Positions 1 through 64,000 of a stretch of 64,000 nucleotides of DNA are shown piece by piece. Under the pieces are notes generated by a model. That model saw nothing but the letters and a program-made list of their open reading frames with translations, was not told where the DNA came from and ran no database searches. The stretch comes from Eledone cirrhosa (Eukaryota), in contig OZ024759.1 of assembly GCA_964016885.1 (NCBI GenBank), forward strand, positions 23,312,001-23,376,000, written 5' to 3'. Every line of letters starts with the position of its first letter. Position 1 is the stretch's first letter. The position numbers were made by a program, and so were the translations under genes.

Positions 1-564
1 ACTGCAAACCTATCAGAGAGCGATCGGTACTTGGAGAGTTTGGCCTCCTCAGCCCAACGTGTAGAAGAATCTGGGTTAGTCGCAGACTGCACCAGGTTGC
101 AGCTGGAGAAAGTGTTGCTGCAAGTGGCATCCCAGACGAGGAGTTTGCCACCACAGAACGGGAAGGTGGTCATGCCGTCTGGCCTTTTGCCGCCCCCTTG
201 GTCCAGCCCCACTGGCTCAAGCTGGGAGGGGGAGCCTGCAGCATCCGAGCCATGCTTTATGACCTCATTGAGGGCAGCATGGCGTGGAAGGCGGCTGGCA
301 CTGTGGTGACAGGAAAGCGGGTGGAGGCCAATGGTGTATGTAAGCCAACTCCTCCATTTTACCCTGTTTATAAGCCATGACAGCTAAGCTAATCAACACA
401 CTGTGTTTAGATTGTCTATGTAAGCCGACTCCCCTCCATTTTTACCATCGATTTTTTTTGTTACATATTCCTCAGCTTATATTCAAGTTTATTCAAACAT
501 TGAAATAGAATGTGTTTCATTAGAAATATAGTGAAAAAAGGAGATAAAATAAGACATCACTTAC

Positions 565-63470
<62,906 letters not shown>

Positions 63471-64000
63471 CTAGAAAAACAGAGCAGAGAAATAAAGTAT
63501 TGTTTCATCCAACTATTGTTAATATTTTTAGAGACATAAATAGATATAGTAATATAGTTAATATGAAGTATGTGTGATATGTAATAAATAACTGACAAGT
63601 TTCAGAAAGCTGGTACAATGCAGTAGAAATATTTAATGCGCAAATGATGACAAACAAAACAAAACAAAGTAATGTTTTACCCAGTATATTTCAAGATAAT
63701 ATTTCATGGTTAATACCCTCTGTTCAAATGTAAAAATGAAAACAGCTCAAAACAAAACGAACAATCAATGTGTTCTTCCATAACTGAGTCTAAAACATGT
63801 ATAAAGTTTCAATTCAGATTGTCGAGTTTACTGGTGGTTTGCTGTATTAGATAGATTTTGTGGGCAAAACTAACCAGCAAGAGACGCAGGAGTAGACCAT
63901 GAACAAGATTGTTGGATAACATCCATGAGCTCGGCTGGTCTCACTTTGGATATCCAGCTGGAACAATGTAAAACCAACTGGAAGGAGACCTAGGAGTAGA

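Noticed and set aside
1-400. GC-richer ORFs at window start; possible next VWD exon
   Set aside because: No DPH/TFD motif or recognisable domain; likely a repeat fragment, and the next exon is probably off-window.

Overview
Eukaryotic, AT- and microsatellite-rich genomic DNA. The SINE families resemble those I recall from octopod cephalopods; this taxon call is an inference. The whole window lies inside one very large minus-strand gene. I assembled 33 GT-AG exons (63470 to 565) that splice in compatible phase into one open frame of about 2,063 codons, with no start or stop codon in the window. The frame consists of two tandem ~1,020-1,040-aa super-modules with matching exon order, phases and often sizes. 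Each module has: VWD domain, Cys/helical region, EGF, Ig/IPT-like, Cys-rich, LamG/ConA-like, Ig-like, and a Cys-containing linker. This is a VWDE-like giant extracellular protein with an unusual repeated architecture that continues beyond both window edges. The introns hold tRNA-derived SINEs, RTE and R4/Dong LINE fragments, piggyBac/hAT/mariner MITEs, non-autonomous Helitrons, two TE-derived minisatellites, long hairpins, hammerhead-ribozyme-like motifs and degenerate copies of exon/donor junctions. Most short ORFs in the supplied track are microsatellite or SINE artefacts. Domain and TE family names come from motif recognition by eye, not database searches.
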